From IMG/VR virus record IMGVR_UViG_3300042940_003205, positions 39,318-103,317 of that record: a stretch of 64,000 bases of DNA. One strand, given 5' to 3'. The position numbers and the translations under genes are program-made. The stretch is from a virus. Below, in pieces: positions 32,868 to 41,500 of this stretch. Under the pieces are notes generated by a model, which saw nothing but the letters and a program-made list of their open reading frames with translations, had not been told where the DNA came from and made no database searches. Position 1 is the first letter of the stretch; the number at the start of each line of letters is the position of its first letter.

Positions 32868-33044
32868 TTACTCGGCTTTTGTAATTTTAAATGTTGATGT
32901 AGAACAATGTGGACATTTGCCTTGAAGTGCATGTCTGCTACTCTTCATAACAATTTTCTTAGGAGCTGAAACCATAACCATAGTTCTGCACTTTACACAA
33001 TACATATGATGGGTTGTTCCTGCGTCTGTAATTTCTGAACTCAT
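32868..33044 (-). CDS. DUF5679-like small zinc-ribbon protein (58 aa); below the ORF-track cutoff
   Basis: Translates as MSSEITDAGTTHHMYCVKCRTMVMVSAPKKIVMKSSRHALQGKCPHCSTSTFKITKAE*. Two CxxC motifs, AAGGAG Shine-Dalgarno upstream, and the stop is 2 nt from the next start. Confidence 0.8.
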   Translation of the reverse strand: MSSEITDAGTTHHMYCVKCRTMVMVSAPKKIVMKSSRHALQGKCPHCSTSTFKITKAE

Positions 33045-33067
33045 TTTTTGAGTACTCCTTTTATAAG

Positions 33068-33094
33068 ATTTCGAAAGATATTGTACAAATACCT
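33068..33094 (-). promoter_or_regulatory. Candidate phage promoter AGG-N19-GAAAT driving the leftward structural operon
   Basis: The minus strand reads cAGGtatttgtacaatatctttcGAAATcttataaAAGGAG in the divergent intergenic region. Confidence 0.4.
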
Positions 33095-33122
33095 GTATAT
33101 CTCTACCAATAAAAATTATAAT

Positions 33123-33467
33123 ATGCCTAGATACGAATACTTATGTGAATGCTCAAATGAACCTAAAACATTCACAATATCTCTTTCTTTTAGTGATTAC
33201 AAGCCTGCAATTCCTTGCCCTTGCGGTCAAGGAGAAGCTAAAAGAGTTTTTAACAGCTTTACAGTGCAAGATGGCTTGACTGCAAAAGAAAAACAATTTG
33301 GCACCACTGTAAAGCGTAAACAAATGACAGAATTTGTGAAAGATCAAAAAACTGTAAGAAAAAACTCTTATGATCCAACTTCTAGGGAAGCAAAATCAAA
33401 TGAGTATTGGACCGGAAAAGAAGGCTTGGACGGTATAACATCTTTACCTGTAAATAAAAAGGATTAA
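33123..33467 (+). CDS. FmdB-family zinc-ribbon protein (114 aa)
   Basis: MPRYEYLCEC...IPCPCG...AKRVF pattern. ATG at 33123 preferred over the TTG at 33048. Confidence 0.75.
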   Translation: MPRYEYLCECSNEPKTFTISLSFSDYKPAIPCPCGQGEAKRVFNSFTVQDGLTAKEKQFGTTVKRKQMTEFVKDQKTVRKNSYDPTSREAKSNEYWTGKEGLDGITSLPVNKKD

Positions 33468-33470
33468 AAT

Positions 33471-34256
33471 ATGAATGAAAGTGTAAATCAAGAACCAGAA
33501 TCATTTATCGTACAAAATGTAACTCTTGGCCCACATTATGTAAGCGATATAAGATTGAACTTCGGTCCTCTACAAGCAATTGATTTGACTTGGGAAGATC
33601 CAAAAGTTGTCAAGGCATCAAAAGACTTAAGAAATTCAATACGTCTTGGATTATTAAGAAAAATCACTCCTGATCAATTTGACTCTATTGAAGAAAGAGC
33701 TGCTATTAAGGGCAAGAAAGAGTTACTTAAGCAACAAAATAATAATAACCTTCGAACAGTTGATATCGATGGAAAAACAATTGAAGCAGAATCTATTGAT
33801 GCTGAAAAGGCTTATTCAAATAAAAATAATGTTACAACTGCTGGATATGCTAATGATTCTCTTTCTTATGCAATGGCTTTAGATATTGCTCAAACACAAG
33901 CTGAATTACAAGGTGAAGATCTAACAGTAGAACAATTCGCAGATAGAGTACAGAATAATCCAGGCATTATCAATCAACTTTTAGCTCAGCAAAAGCATCT
34001 TGATGCAAATAGTTCAATTTCAGGAGTTGAAACAAGAGGAAGAGCATTTGTAGCTGAACCACCAGGTGATGCTGTAAGAGGTTCTACAGTCAGAGAAGTT
34101 GAGATGACTAATTACAACAGAGATAGAAGAGTAGCTGGTGCAGACTTCAATTATCTTGACACACCTGAAGACGATGGCTATGATGCAATTGCTGATGCGA
34201 TTGATTTAGAGGCCGATATGGGTGATGGAGAAGAGGGCTCAATTAGAAGAGTTTAG
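33471..34256 (+). CDS. Hypothetical protein (261 aa) with acidic C-terminus
   Basis: AAGGA SD upstream, followed by an intrinsic terminator. Confidence 0.7.
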   Translation: MNESVNQEPESFIVQNVTLGPHYVSDIRLNFGPLQAIDLTWEDPKVVKASKDLRNSIRLGLLRKITPDQFDSIEERAAIKGKKELLKQQNNNNLRTVDIDGKTIEAESIDAEKAYSNKNNVTTAGYANDSLSYAMALDIAQTQAELQGEDLTVEQFADRVQNNPGIINQLLAQQKHLDANSSISGVETRGRAFVAEPPGDAVRGSTVREVEMTNYNRDRRVAGADFNYLDTPEDDGYDAIADAIDLEADMGDGEEGSIRRV

Positions 34257-34274
34257 AAAGTTTAATCTAGACTG

Positions 34275-34312
34275 AATAAAGGCTATCCAGTTGGGTGGCC
34301 TTTATTTTTTTT
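34275..34312 (+). terminator. Rho-independent terminator
   Basis: aataaaggctatcc-agtt-gggtggcctttatt hairpin (14-bp stem with two G-U pairs) followed by a T-run. Confidence 0.75.
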
Positions 34313-34321
34313 GGAGAAAAT

Positions 34322-35431
34322 ATGGCAAACGATTTTTCAGCTCAATCTTTTAATAACAGTACTTTAGTATATTACAACACTCAGCCAACTTACCCAGGAA
34401 TTTTTATAGAATGGGAAAGATCTGGAGCACAAAATGTTGCCTTCTATAAAATTCAAAAAAGCTCAAATTTTGAAGGCACATACACTACAATTGCTACTGT
34501 TACTTTCCCAGCAAATGAAGGAGTGGACGTTAACGGTTTACCTTCAGATTACTACAGAATTCAAGAAGTAGATTCAAACGGAAATGTTCTTAATACATCC
34601 TCTCCAATGCTAGGAGATGAATTACTCGTAAAAAGTAGTTTAAGATATGAATTAGAGCATCTTTTGAACATTCCTATCTATGACGAAGAAGTAATTTTCA
34701 GAAGAAGTAGAAGTGTTGGCTCTGTAGCTTTCTCTTTTTGGAATTCTGTACCTAAGCCAGAAATAAGAATTTCAGGACCATCTAATCAAGGTGACAGAGA
34801 CCCATTAATTCAATTATCAGAAACCGTTCCAATTTACTCAACAATCAATACTACTTACGACCCAATTATTAAGAATAGAGATGGTTATGAATCTCAATAT
34901 ACTAATGGAAATAACTACCCTGATGGCTTGATGGTGAAATATGATTTTATGGGAAATATCTATTTTATTGACGCAAACGGTGGTCCTGTAAATATTCATA
35001 GCTACGATAATGTTTTAGTGTCATATAGTATTAAAATGATTACAAATGACCATATGAATTCAAGTCTTTATATGGCATTGCAAGCAATAAATTCTCAACC
35101 TGGAGCAAGTAAGTACAGACAAGTAAGTGATGCACCATATTTTTATGACCCAGCTTTAGTTTATGGAGCAGCATATTATATCTTAAGAAGCTTACTTGTT
35201 TCTTTGACAAGCAGACAAAGAAGATTATTAATTGAAGACCCTGATGCAAGAATAGCAGATGACATTAGACAATCAGCAACAATGTACAAAGAAGAGTTTG
35301 AAAAGATGTTAGAAAAATTACCTATTGCTTTCTATCCTGGAATTAGATCAGTTGTTGTACCAGAGTTTAATATGCCTGGAGGAAGAAGTAGATTTTTCAG
35401 ATATATCTGGAATATTGGTACTGGAGGATAA
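34322..35431 (+). CDS. Putative neck/head-completion protein (369 aa) with N-terminal Ig/Fn3-like segment
   Basis: GGAG SD before ATG 34322. N-terminal IEWERSG...FYKIQKS...YYRIQEVD. C-terminal helical adaptor-like segment (LYMALQAINSQP...LVYGAAYYIL). Confidence 0.5.
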   Translation: MANDFSAQSFNNSTLVYYNTQPTYPGIFIEWERSGAQNVAFYKIQKSSNFEGTYTTIATVTFPANEGVDVNGLPSDYYRIQEVDSNGNVLNTSSPMLGDELLVKSSLRYELEHLLNIPIYDEEVIFRRSRSVGSVAFSFWNSVPKPEIRISGPSNQGDRDPLIQLSETVPIYSTINTTYDPIIKNRDGYESQYTNGNNYPDGLMVKYDFMGNIYFIDANGGPVNIHSYDNVLVSYSIKMITNDHMNSSLYMALQAINSQPGASKYRQVSDAPYFYDPALVYGAAYYILRSLLVSLTSRQRRLLIEDPDARIADDIRQSATMYKEEFEKMLEKLPIAFYPGIRSVVVPEFNMPGGRSRFFRYIWNIGTGG

Positions 35432-35438
35432 ATTGTTG

Positions 35439-35550
35439 TGTTGCTTAATATAGCAACAATTTAATTAAGAATTTTAAATTAACAATTTTCTTTTAAGATT
35501 AACGTTAATATACATTTTAATATTAAATGTTAATTCCCATTATTAATGGG
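35439..35550. repeat. Cluster of short palindromes in an AT-rich intergenic region
   Basis: tgttgct-taatat-agcaaca (35439-58), ttaattaa (35461-68), attaacgttaat (35498-509), tttaatattaaa (35516-27), cccatta-t-taatggg (35536-50). Confidence 0.7.
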
Positions 35551-35582
35551 TGTAAAAAAACAGAAAACTAAGAGGATGAAAG

Positions 35583-35999
35583 ATGAACAGAGTTATTAAG
35601 GTTTTGGATGACATAAAGACAAGAGTAGCACAAGTTAACCCTGAATTGGGAAACAAGATAAATGATGCTGTGTTTGATTTGGGAAGCACACCTCCTATGG
35701 AGACAGAAGATTCAACTATCGATACCAGAAGTAATCCAAAGATTGAATCTTTTGCCAGACCTCGACCAAATGTAAGCGTTGTAAGCGATGATGGAACAGT
35801 ACACAGCTTTGCAGTAGAAATCAAAGCAAAACACAATGGACCAATTCCAGACACGCAATTGATGAGCAAGATCTTGCAATCTATCGAAAGCCATTCAGAT
35901 ACTACGAAAGAATATGCTTCTGGAGATGATTCGGAATCAAATTCATTTGAAGTAGTTAGCTTCAAATACGAAAGAAGAGATGACAAAAAGAAGCAATAA
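35583..35999 (+). CDS. Hypothetical protein (138 aa)
   Basis: GAGGA SD upstream; contains KTRVAQ. Confidence 0.65.
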   Translation: MNRVIKVLDDIKTRVAQVNPELGNKINDAVFDLGSTPPMETEDSTIDTRSNPKIESFARPRPNVSVVSDDGTVHSFAVEIKAKHNGPIPDTQLMSKILQSIESHSDTTKEYASGDDSESNSFEVVSFKYERRDDKKKQ

Positions 36000-36015
36000 A
36001 CTGTAAAATCAGTTT

Positions 36016-36555
36016 ATGGACGAAGATCAGATCAAAGTATTACGACATTCTTTCACCAACCCTCATCGTGAAGATCTCCCCAAGCCAAAAGTAAACAAAT
36101 TTGGACATACAGTGCTTGGGGACGAGATGAAAATGGCTGATCAAGAAATTGACCTAAAAATCAATGAATTTGGGGATGTTAGTGCAGAACCTAAGCAAAG
36201 TCTTTTCGATAGTCCAGAATTTCAAAAATGGGCAGAAAATCAACCTGTTTTGAATGCATCTGAAGCTGAAATGGAAGAAGAAACAGATCGACAATCAAAA
36301 ATTGCTCCTAGTACAGTTAATATTGCAGATTTAATTTCTGAACTTGATGAAATGGACGGTACTATTGAACGTAATCAGAGTGAAAATCAGTGGTTCAAGA
36401 ATTGTCTTAATCAAAGTTGTTTGTACAATCTGCCAAAAGATGCTAAATTCTGCTTAAAATGTGGAACTGCTCAAATGCCAAAATTTTGCACTGAATGTGG
36501 TTACAGCTTTCCTGGAATGGAAAAATTTTGTCCAGATTGCGGAAACAAAAGATAG
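36016..36555 (+). CDS. Protein with C-terminal double zinc ribbon (179 aa)
   Basis: CLNQSC...AKFCLKCG...KFCTECG...KFCPDCG. Confidence 0.75.
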   Translation: MDEDQIKVLRHSFTNPHREDLPKPKVNKFGHTVLGDEMKMADQEIDLKINEFGDVSAEPKQSLFDSPEFQKWAENQPVLNASEAEMEEETDRQSKIAPSTVNIADLISELDEMDGTIERNQSENQWFKNCLNQSCLYNLPKDAKFCLKCGTAQMPKFCTECGYSFPGMEKFCPDCGNKR

Positions 36556-36580
36556 GTATTAAGCTTCGATACCTAGTATT
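36554..36580 (+). promoter_or_regulatory. Candidate phage promoter AGG-N19-GTATT
   Basis: tAGGtattaagcttcgatacctaGTATTtt just upstream of ATG 36590. The same stretch also folds as taggtat...ataccta. Confidence 0.3.
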
Positions 36581-36589
36581 TTCTTTATT

Positions 36590-37270
36590 ATGGAACGCTC
36601 CTGGTATCATATAGCAAAAGAATGCACAGCCCTTAGAAAAAATGTCTTAAGAGTTGATTTATGCGTATTTATTGACAAAGAAGAAGCTTTTTCAAATGAA
36701 GACTATTTAAACTCAACTATCAAATCAATTTTAACATCAGCAATTATTAATGGATTGGATATAGTTGGAGTTCTTTCTCCAGAAACACCTAGTGTAGGAT
36801 TGAGAGCAAAACAGATGGCTCAACAACAACAAATGGATATAGTTGTTGCTTCTGGGCAAACTTACATATGTTCTGGAAAAGAAGAATTATATATCTACAA
36901 TTTATTAGAACCAGTGCCTAGAAATCTTTCAATTGATAAAGCTTGCGGTTATGTTCATGACAAAAATGGATTTGTACTAGCCACAAATGTCCATTCAAAA
37001 TTAGCTCCAACTTTAAATAGATTGCAAGGAAGTAAATTTGCTCCTGATGGTGTTGAAATTTTCAACGCTAAAGCAGGAGGATATAGAGACGTAGACATTG
37101 ATTTTCCAAGATTCGTAAATTCAGGATCAACTTCAGCAAATGAATTAGATGATTCAAATGTTTTTACCTTAATGCCAAGAAAAACAGCACAAGAAATGGG
37201 ATTAATACAAGGTGATGAAGGTGTTGATTACACACCTAAATATTTAAAACCACAAACAGGAGTAGTATAA
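36590..37270 (+). CDS. Degenerate PHP-domain protein (226 aa), probably catalytically inactive
   Basis: PHP-like layout (RVDLCV, AIINGLDIVGV, VHDKNGFVLA, DGVEIFNA, SGSTSA), but the HxH, DH and SDAH metal ligands are missing. Confidence 0.55.
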   Translation: MERSWYHIAKECTALRKNVLRVDLCVFIDKEEAFSNEDYLNSTIKSILTSAIINGLDIVGVLSPETPSVGLRAKQMAQQQQMDIVVASGQTYICSGKEELYIYNLLEPVPRNLSIDKACGYVHDKNGFVLATNVHSKLAPTLNRLQGSKFAPDGVEIFNAKAGGYRDVDIDFPRFVNSGSTSANELDDSNVFTLMPRKTAQEMGLIQGDEGVDYTPKYLKPQTGVV

Positions 37271-37764
37271 TGCCACGTTCTTACTGCACAACTAATGATG
37301 TCAAACAATATCTTCCACCTAATGTCGTGACAGAAGGTGATAATCCAATTCCTAATTTTAGAAATCCTACCCCTGAATCTGCATCAAACATTAATCTAGA
37401 TTTCTTTATTCAGCAAGCATCAGCAGAAATTGATGCCAATCTTGCTACTATGTATGATGTCCCTTTGAAACAAGTAAATATTGGTGGAGATGTTTCATAC
37501 CCTCACCCAGTACCAGTTATTTGTGCTATTCTTGCAGCTCAAATGTACTATATGCAAGCACTTCAAGGAGCTGACCCACAATATTCTGAAGCTCAAAAAG
37601 TAAGATTTGACTTTGCTCAAAATGAAATTGTCAGAATACAAAATGGTGAAATAAGATTATTTGGCCAAAGAAATACTCGTGGAGATAGATTTGTTAGATC
37701 TACATTGAGAGGCGTTGTAAGTAATCCAACTGAAGGCAAACGATCAAAAGGTCAAAGTCAATAG
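37270..37764 (+). CDS. Head-tail adaptor, Mu gp36/DUF1320-like (164 aa)
   Basis: YCTTNDV...IQQASAEIDANLATMYDVPL...ICAILAA...IQNGEIRL matches the gp36 family pattern. Confidence 0.8.
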   Translation: MPRSYCTTNDVKQYLPPNVVTEGDNPIPNFRNPTPESASNINLDFFIQQASAEIDANLATMYDVPLKQVNIGGDVSYPHPVPVICAILAAQMYYMQALQGADPQYSEAQKVRFDFAQNEIVRIQNGEIRLFGQRNTRGDRFVRSTLRGVVSNPTEGKRSKGQSQ

Positions 37765-37773
37765 GTAAAATAA

Positions 37774-38550
37774 ATGCTTGAACGAGTTTACGATACCTTG
37801 AGGGGCATTTTGTTTTATGAATTACCAAAAAATGCCAAAGGTGAAGCAGTAATTTTTGATCGCCCTGTATCTGGATTTTATATTGGTGAGGCTGCTGTAA
37901 GACCAAATGGAATTGCAATAGTTTTTAAAGGCGCTAGTTCTCCATTGAAAGATATTTCATTTGGTTTGCAAGAATATGAGCACAATGTTAATATTGAGAT
38001 AAATGTTGGTGCAGATAATATTGAAACTACAGAAAGAGTGACTCAAGAAGCAACAAGAATCATTTTGTCAATTTTGAGAAAACACAGAAGAATTTGGGTA
38101 GTTGATATTTGCCCAATGTGTGAAAAATTTACTCTTACTCCAGCACACTTTACTGTAGATCATAATAGTGTTTTAAGTTCATATGCAACAACGGTTACAA
38201 ATGAATTTAATACTCTTTGGTCAGAAACCCATCCAGCAAATTTAGCAGCTCCGTCTTTACCTGATTCTGGTAAAGCAGCAGAAGCGTTTATCAGAATGTA
38301 TAACGATGTTGGAGTTGGAGCTACTGTAGCAAATTTAACAACAAAAGCAAGAAATAATATTTTAAGAATGCAAGCTGATAATGTTGAACCTGTAAGAATG
38401 CTTTACGATGTAATTTGTAATGACAATAAATCTTCAGATGACGCCACAGGTAAACAACTTTTTAGAAGTGGCACTATAACAATTAGTGCAAAAGAATTAG
38501 TAAGACAAATTTATTTTGGTCCAGATAACGTACCAACAACTGCATATTAA
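37774..38550 (+). CDS. Putative tail-completion/terminator protein (258 aa) with CxxC insertion
   Basis: Lies after the adaptor. Pattern EHNVNIEINV...EATRIILSIL...LFRSGTITISA. Internal CPMC. Confidence 0.45.
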   Translation: MLERVYDTLRGILFYELPKNAKGEAVIFDRPVSGFYIGEAAVRPNGIAIVFKGASSPLKDISFGLQEYEHNVNIEINVGADNIETTERVTQEATRIILSILRKHRRIWVVDICPMCEKFTLTPAHFTVDHNSVLSSYATTVTNEFNTLWSETHPANLAAPSLPDSGKAAEAFIRMYNDVGVGATVANLTTKARNNILRMQADNVEPVRMLYDVICNDNKSSDDATGKQLFRSGTITISAKELVRQIYFGPDNVPTTAY

Positions 38551-38552
38551 CA

Positions 38553-41500
38553 ATGAGTCTCGTATCCAAAAAAGGCCTTGAATTTATCATCAATCAAGTC
38601 GGAAAAGCAAAATACGCTTATAAAGATTTGGTTGGCGATTTGTCTTTGAATCACGGATACTATTTGGATTACGAAAGAGTTGTAGTTAAGTTTAGAGGAT
38701 CTACGATTTTTCACGACTATGATTTAGCTGGAAAAACACCTCAAGGATTAACAACAAAACCTTATCAAACCTTCGACACTATAGAAGATATTTCTTTTGG
38801 TTTTCAAGGTGGTCAATATACAGTTGATTCAAAAATTGCTAGCTTTGCCAACACAGGCGGATGGACTCCTCAATATTATAATCCTCCAGCAACAGAAGGA
38901 TGGGATGTTTGGGATTACAATGCGTGGCAATACTTTGTTCCACCATACAATGCTGCTGGTAATGCCAATACCGCTTACATAATTTATAATATAAATTCTG
39001 AACCTGGTAGTGGATCTGAAAGAACAAACTATGACTACCCTGTAAGATGGGATGGCAGTTTGTATAGAAGAGTAAATTTATTTAATTCTTCAAGATGGAT
39101 TTCTGTAAAAAATACAGGAACAGTATCAAATAATGAAGCACATATTGTAATTCCAAAGTCTTATTTTGAAAGCGCACAATACATAAATCCTCTCACTAAT
39201 ACTCCAAAAGATTTAGGTATTGCTTCTCACGTTAATCTTAAAACTCAAGGTATAGGATCAACTTTTTCTCTTGGTGGAAGTATGGCAGGTTTAGCTTTAA
39301 CTTATCTTGCTTACAATGTTTCAGAAGTTTCATCCACTGGTTCAACAACTGCTAGAATAAGAGATCATTATTTATTTAAGGTAAAAACACCAGCAACTTG
39401 GACAGCAGATTATTGGTATCATTTAGCCTTCTACTGGGATACCCACGATACAAATTTTCTTTCTTCTTATCCAACATACACTTCTGGAACTGCTACCACT
39501 TTCAATTCAAGCAACTTAACTTCAACTTGGAATATTTATCCTAGAAAAACCTACTTACAAAAAGATATTCATAATTATATTGCATTTGATAAAACAGGTG
39601 TAAATGATACTAATGTTTATCTTTTTTCAAGAAGTAAGACAAATCAAAAGTATTATGATGGTGACTTTGTAACAACCAATGAACCTTTTAGATATTTGTA
39701 TCCTGAAACGTTTAGCGCATATGGAGACACTAATTCTTTAGCAAATTATGTTTCTTTAAGTTCTTTTGAATATCTTCCAGTTGTTATTGCTACTAAAAAT
39801 ATTATCTCTGGAAATCAATATGAAAATGGAGACATTGATTTTTATTTATTTTTTGGAAAAGCAATGCCCCAAGAATCTGTTCCTGTAGATTGGGATGATT
39901 TTGTAAACTATCCAACAATAGATAGTGATTATGACATTATCGCAAGAATTATTCTTTCTTATCCATCTTTTAAGACATCAGGAACAATTAAGAGCAAGAC
40001 AAGTATTACATATAACTTGAACAATGCATCAATTATTTATATTGATAGAAGAGCAGATAATTTTGCTGTTCCTCCAATTGGTGATAGTGATTTAATTAAT
40101 GACACTTTGCAAGACGTTATTGCAATGACTACATTTACCAGAAGTGATGAATACAAAAATATTTATGACAAATTAGGTGCAGATCTTGTAGCTCCATTTA
40201 CAAATTTTAAGTCTTATGGAACAAGCAGCTATGTTGATATAAAGAATAATAGTTTTAAGAAAACCAAGCTCTTACATAACTTATTGAAATACCCAATTGC
40301 ACCAGCTTTAAAATCCAATTTCCAAACAACGAAAGGTTCAGGAAAAATTACAATAGCTTCTGGAAATAATGTTGTTATTGGCAGTTCTTCTAAGTTTACG
40401 ACAGAAATTACTGAGGGTGATTATCTTTACAGCACTGATGGCACAATAATTTATGGTCAGGTGCTTTCAATCGTTACAGACACTTATTTAGTTTTAGAAG
40501 AAAATTACAAGTCCTCTGTAGATAATCTTACTTATGGTATTAAAAATAGTCCATTAGAAACAGAACCAATCAATATAGAAGTTGAAGAATCTGGCGCAAA
40601 TGCTATGATTTCTTGGCTATCAACTCCTCCAACAAAAATAGTTTTCAAATACGATGAAAACGGTATGAAACTTAATAACATAAATTTTGAAAGCGATACA
40701 GAATTTGAGTTTTACCAAGAAGTTTCAAACATACCAGATTTATTAGATCAAGAAACAACAGGAACTAAATTGACAAAAGATTATGCTTTTTCAATTGTGT
40801 TTCAAAATACCAGTAGCGATAAATTTATAAAAAATATTAAATTAAACTCATCCAAGTTCTTTATTACTGACGACGAATACCTGAATAGACAGAAGAAAAA
40901 TTTAACAACATCTGGATATTACAAACAAGGATCTCAAACAGAAAATAATAATAATGCGCCTGGTACTTTCAACTCTATAGAAGAATATAGGGTTTATGGT
41001 AGTGCTGCAATTATTCCAAATATGCAAATGGGACAAAGCAGAGCAATATTGACAAAACAAGTTCAGCCCACAGATTCAACTAAGCAAACAGAAGCAAATT
41101 TTATAGCTAATTTGAAATCTTCCAACCCAAACATTACAGAAACAGAAGTTCAAGATAAGGTTAGTGATTATGAATTAACTAAATCTTTTTACACCCCAGA
41201 CTCAAGTCAATTCTCAAACACTTTCTCAACAATAAAAGAAATGGGGATGACTGTTTCTAATTATGCATATAACAGAAGTAAACATTGGATTTCTAATTAT
41301 GATGAAGTAGTTGGTGCTGAAAAAGACAATAAAATATTTACAGCGCAGAATATTTTAGATTTAAGATCTGATTCTTTTATTATTTCTATAGCTGGATATT
41401 CAACTTCGGATGCTTCAATAAATAGTATAGAAAACATTTACAAACAACAGATATCTATAGTTGATGCTACAAATATTAATCAAACTACTCAGGGTAGTTA

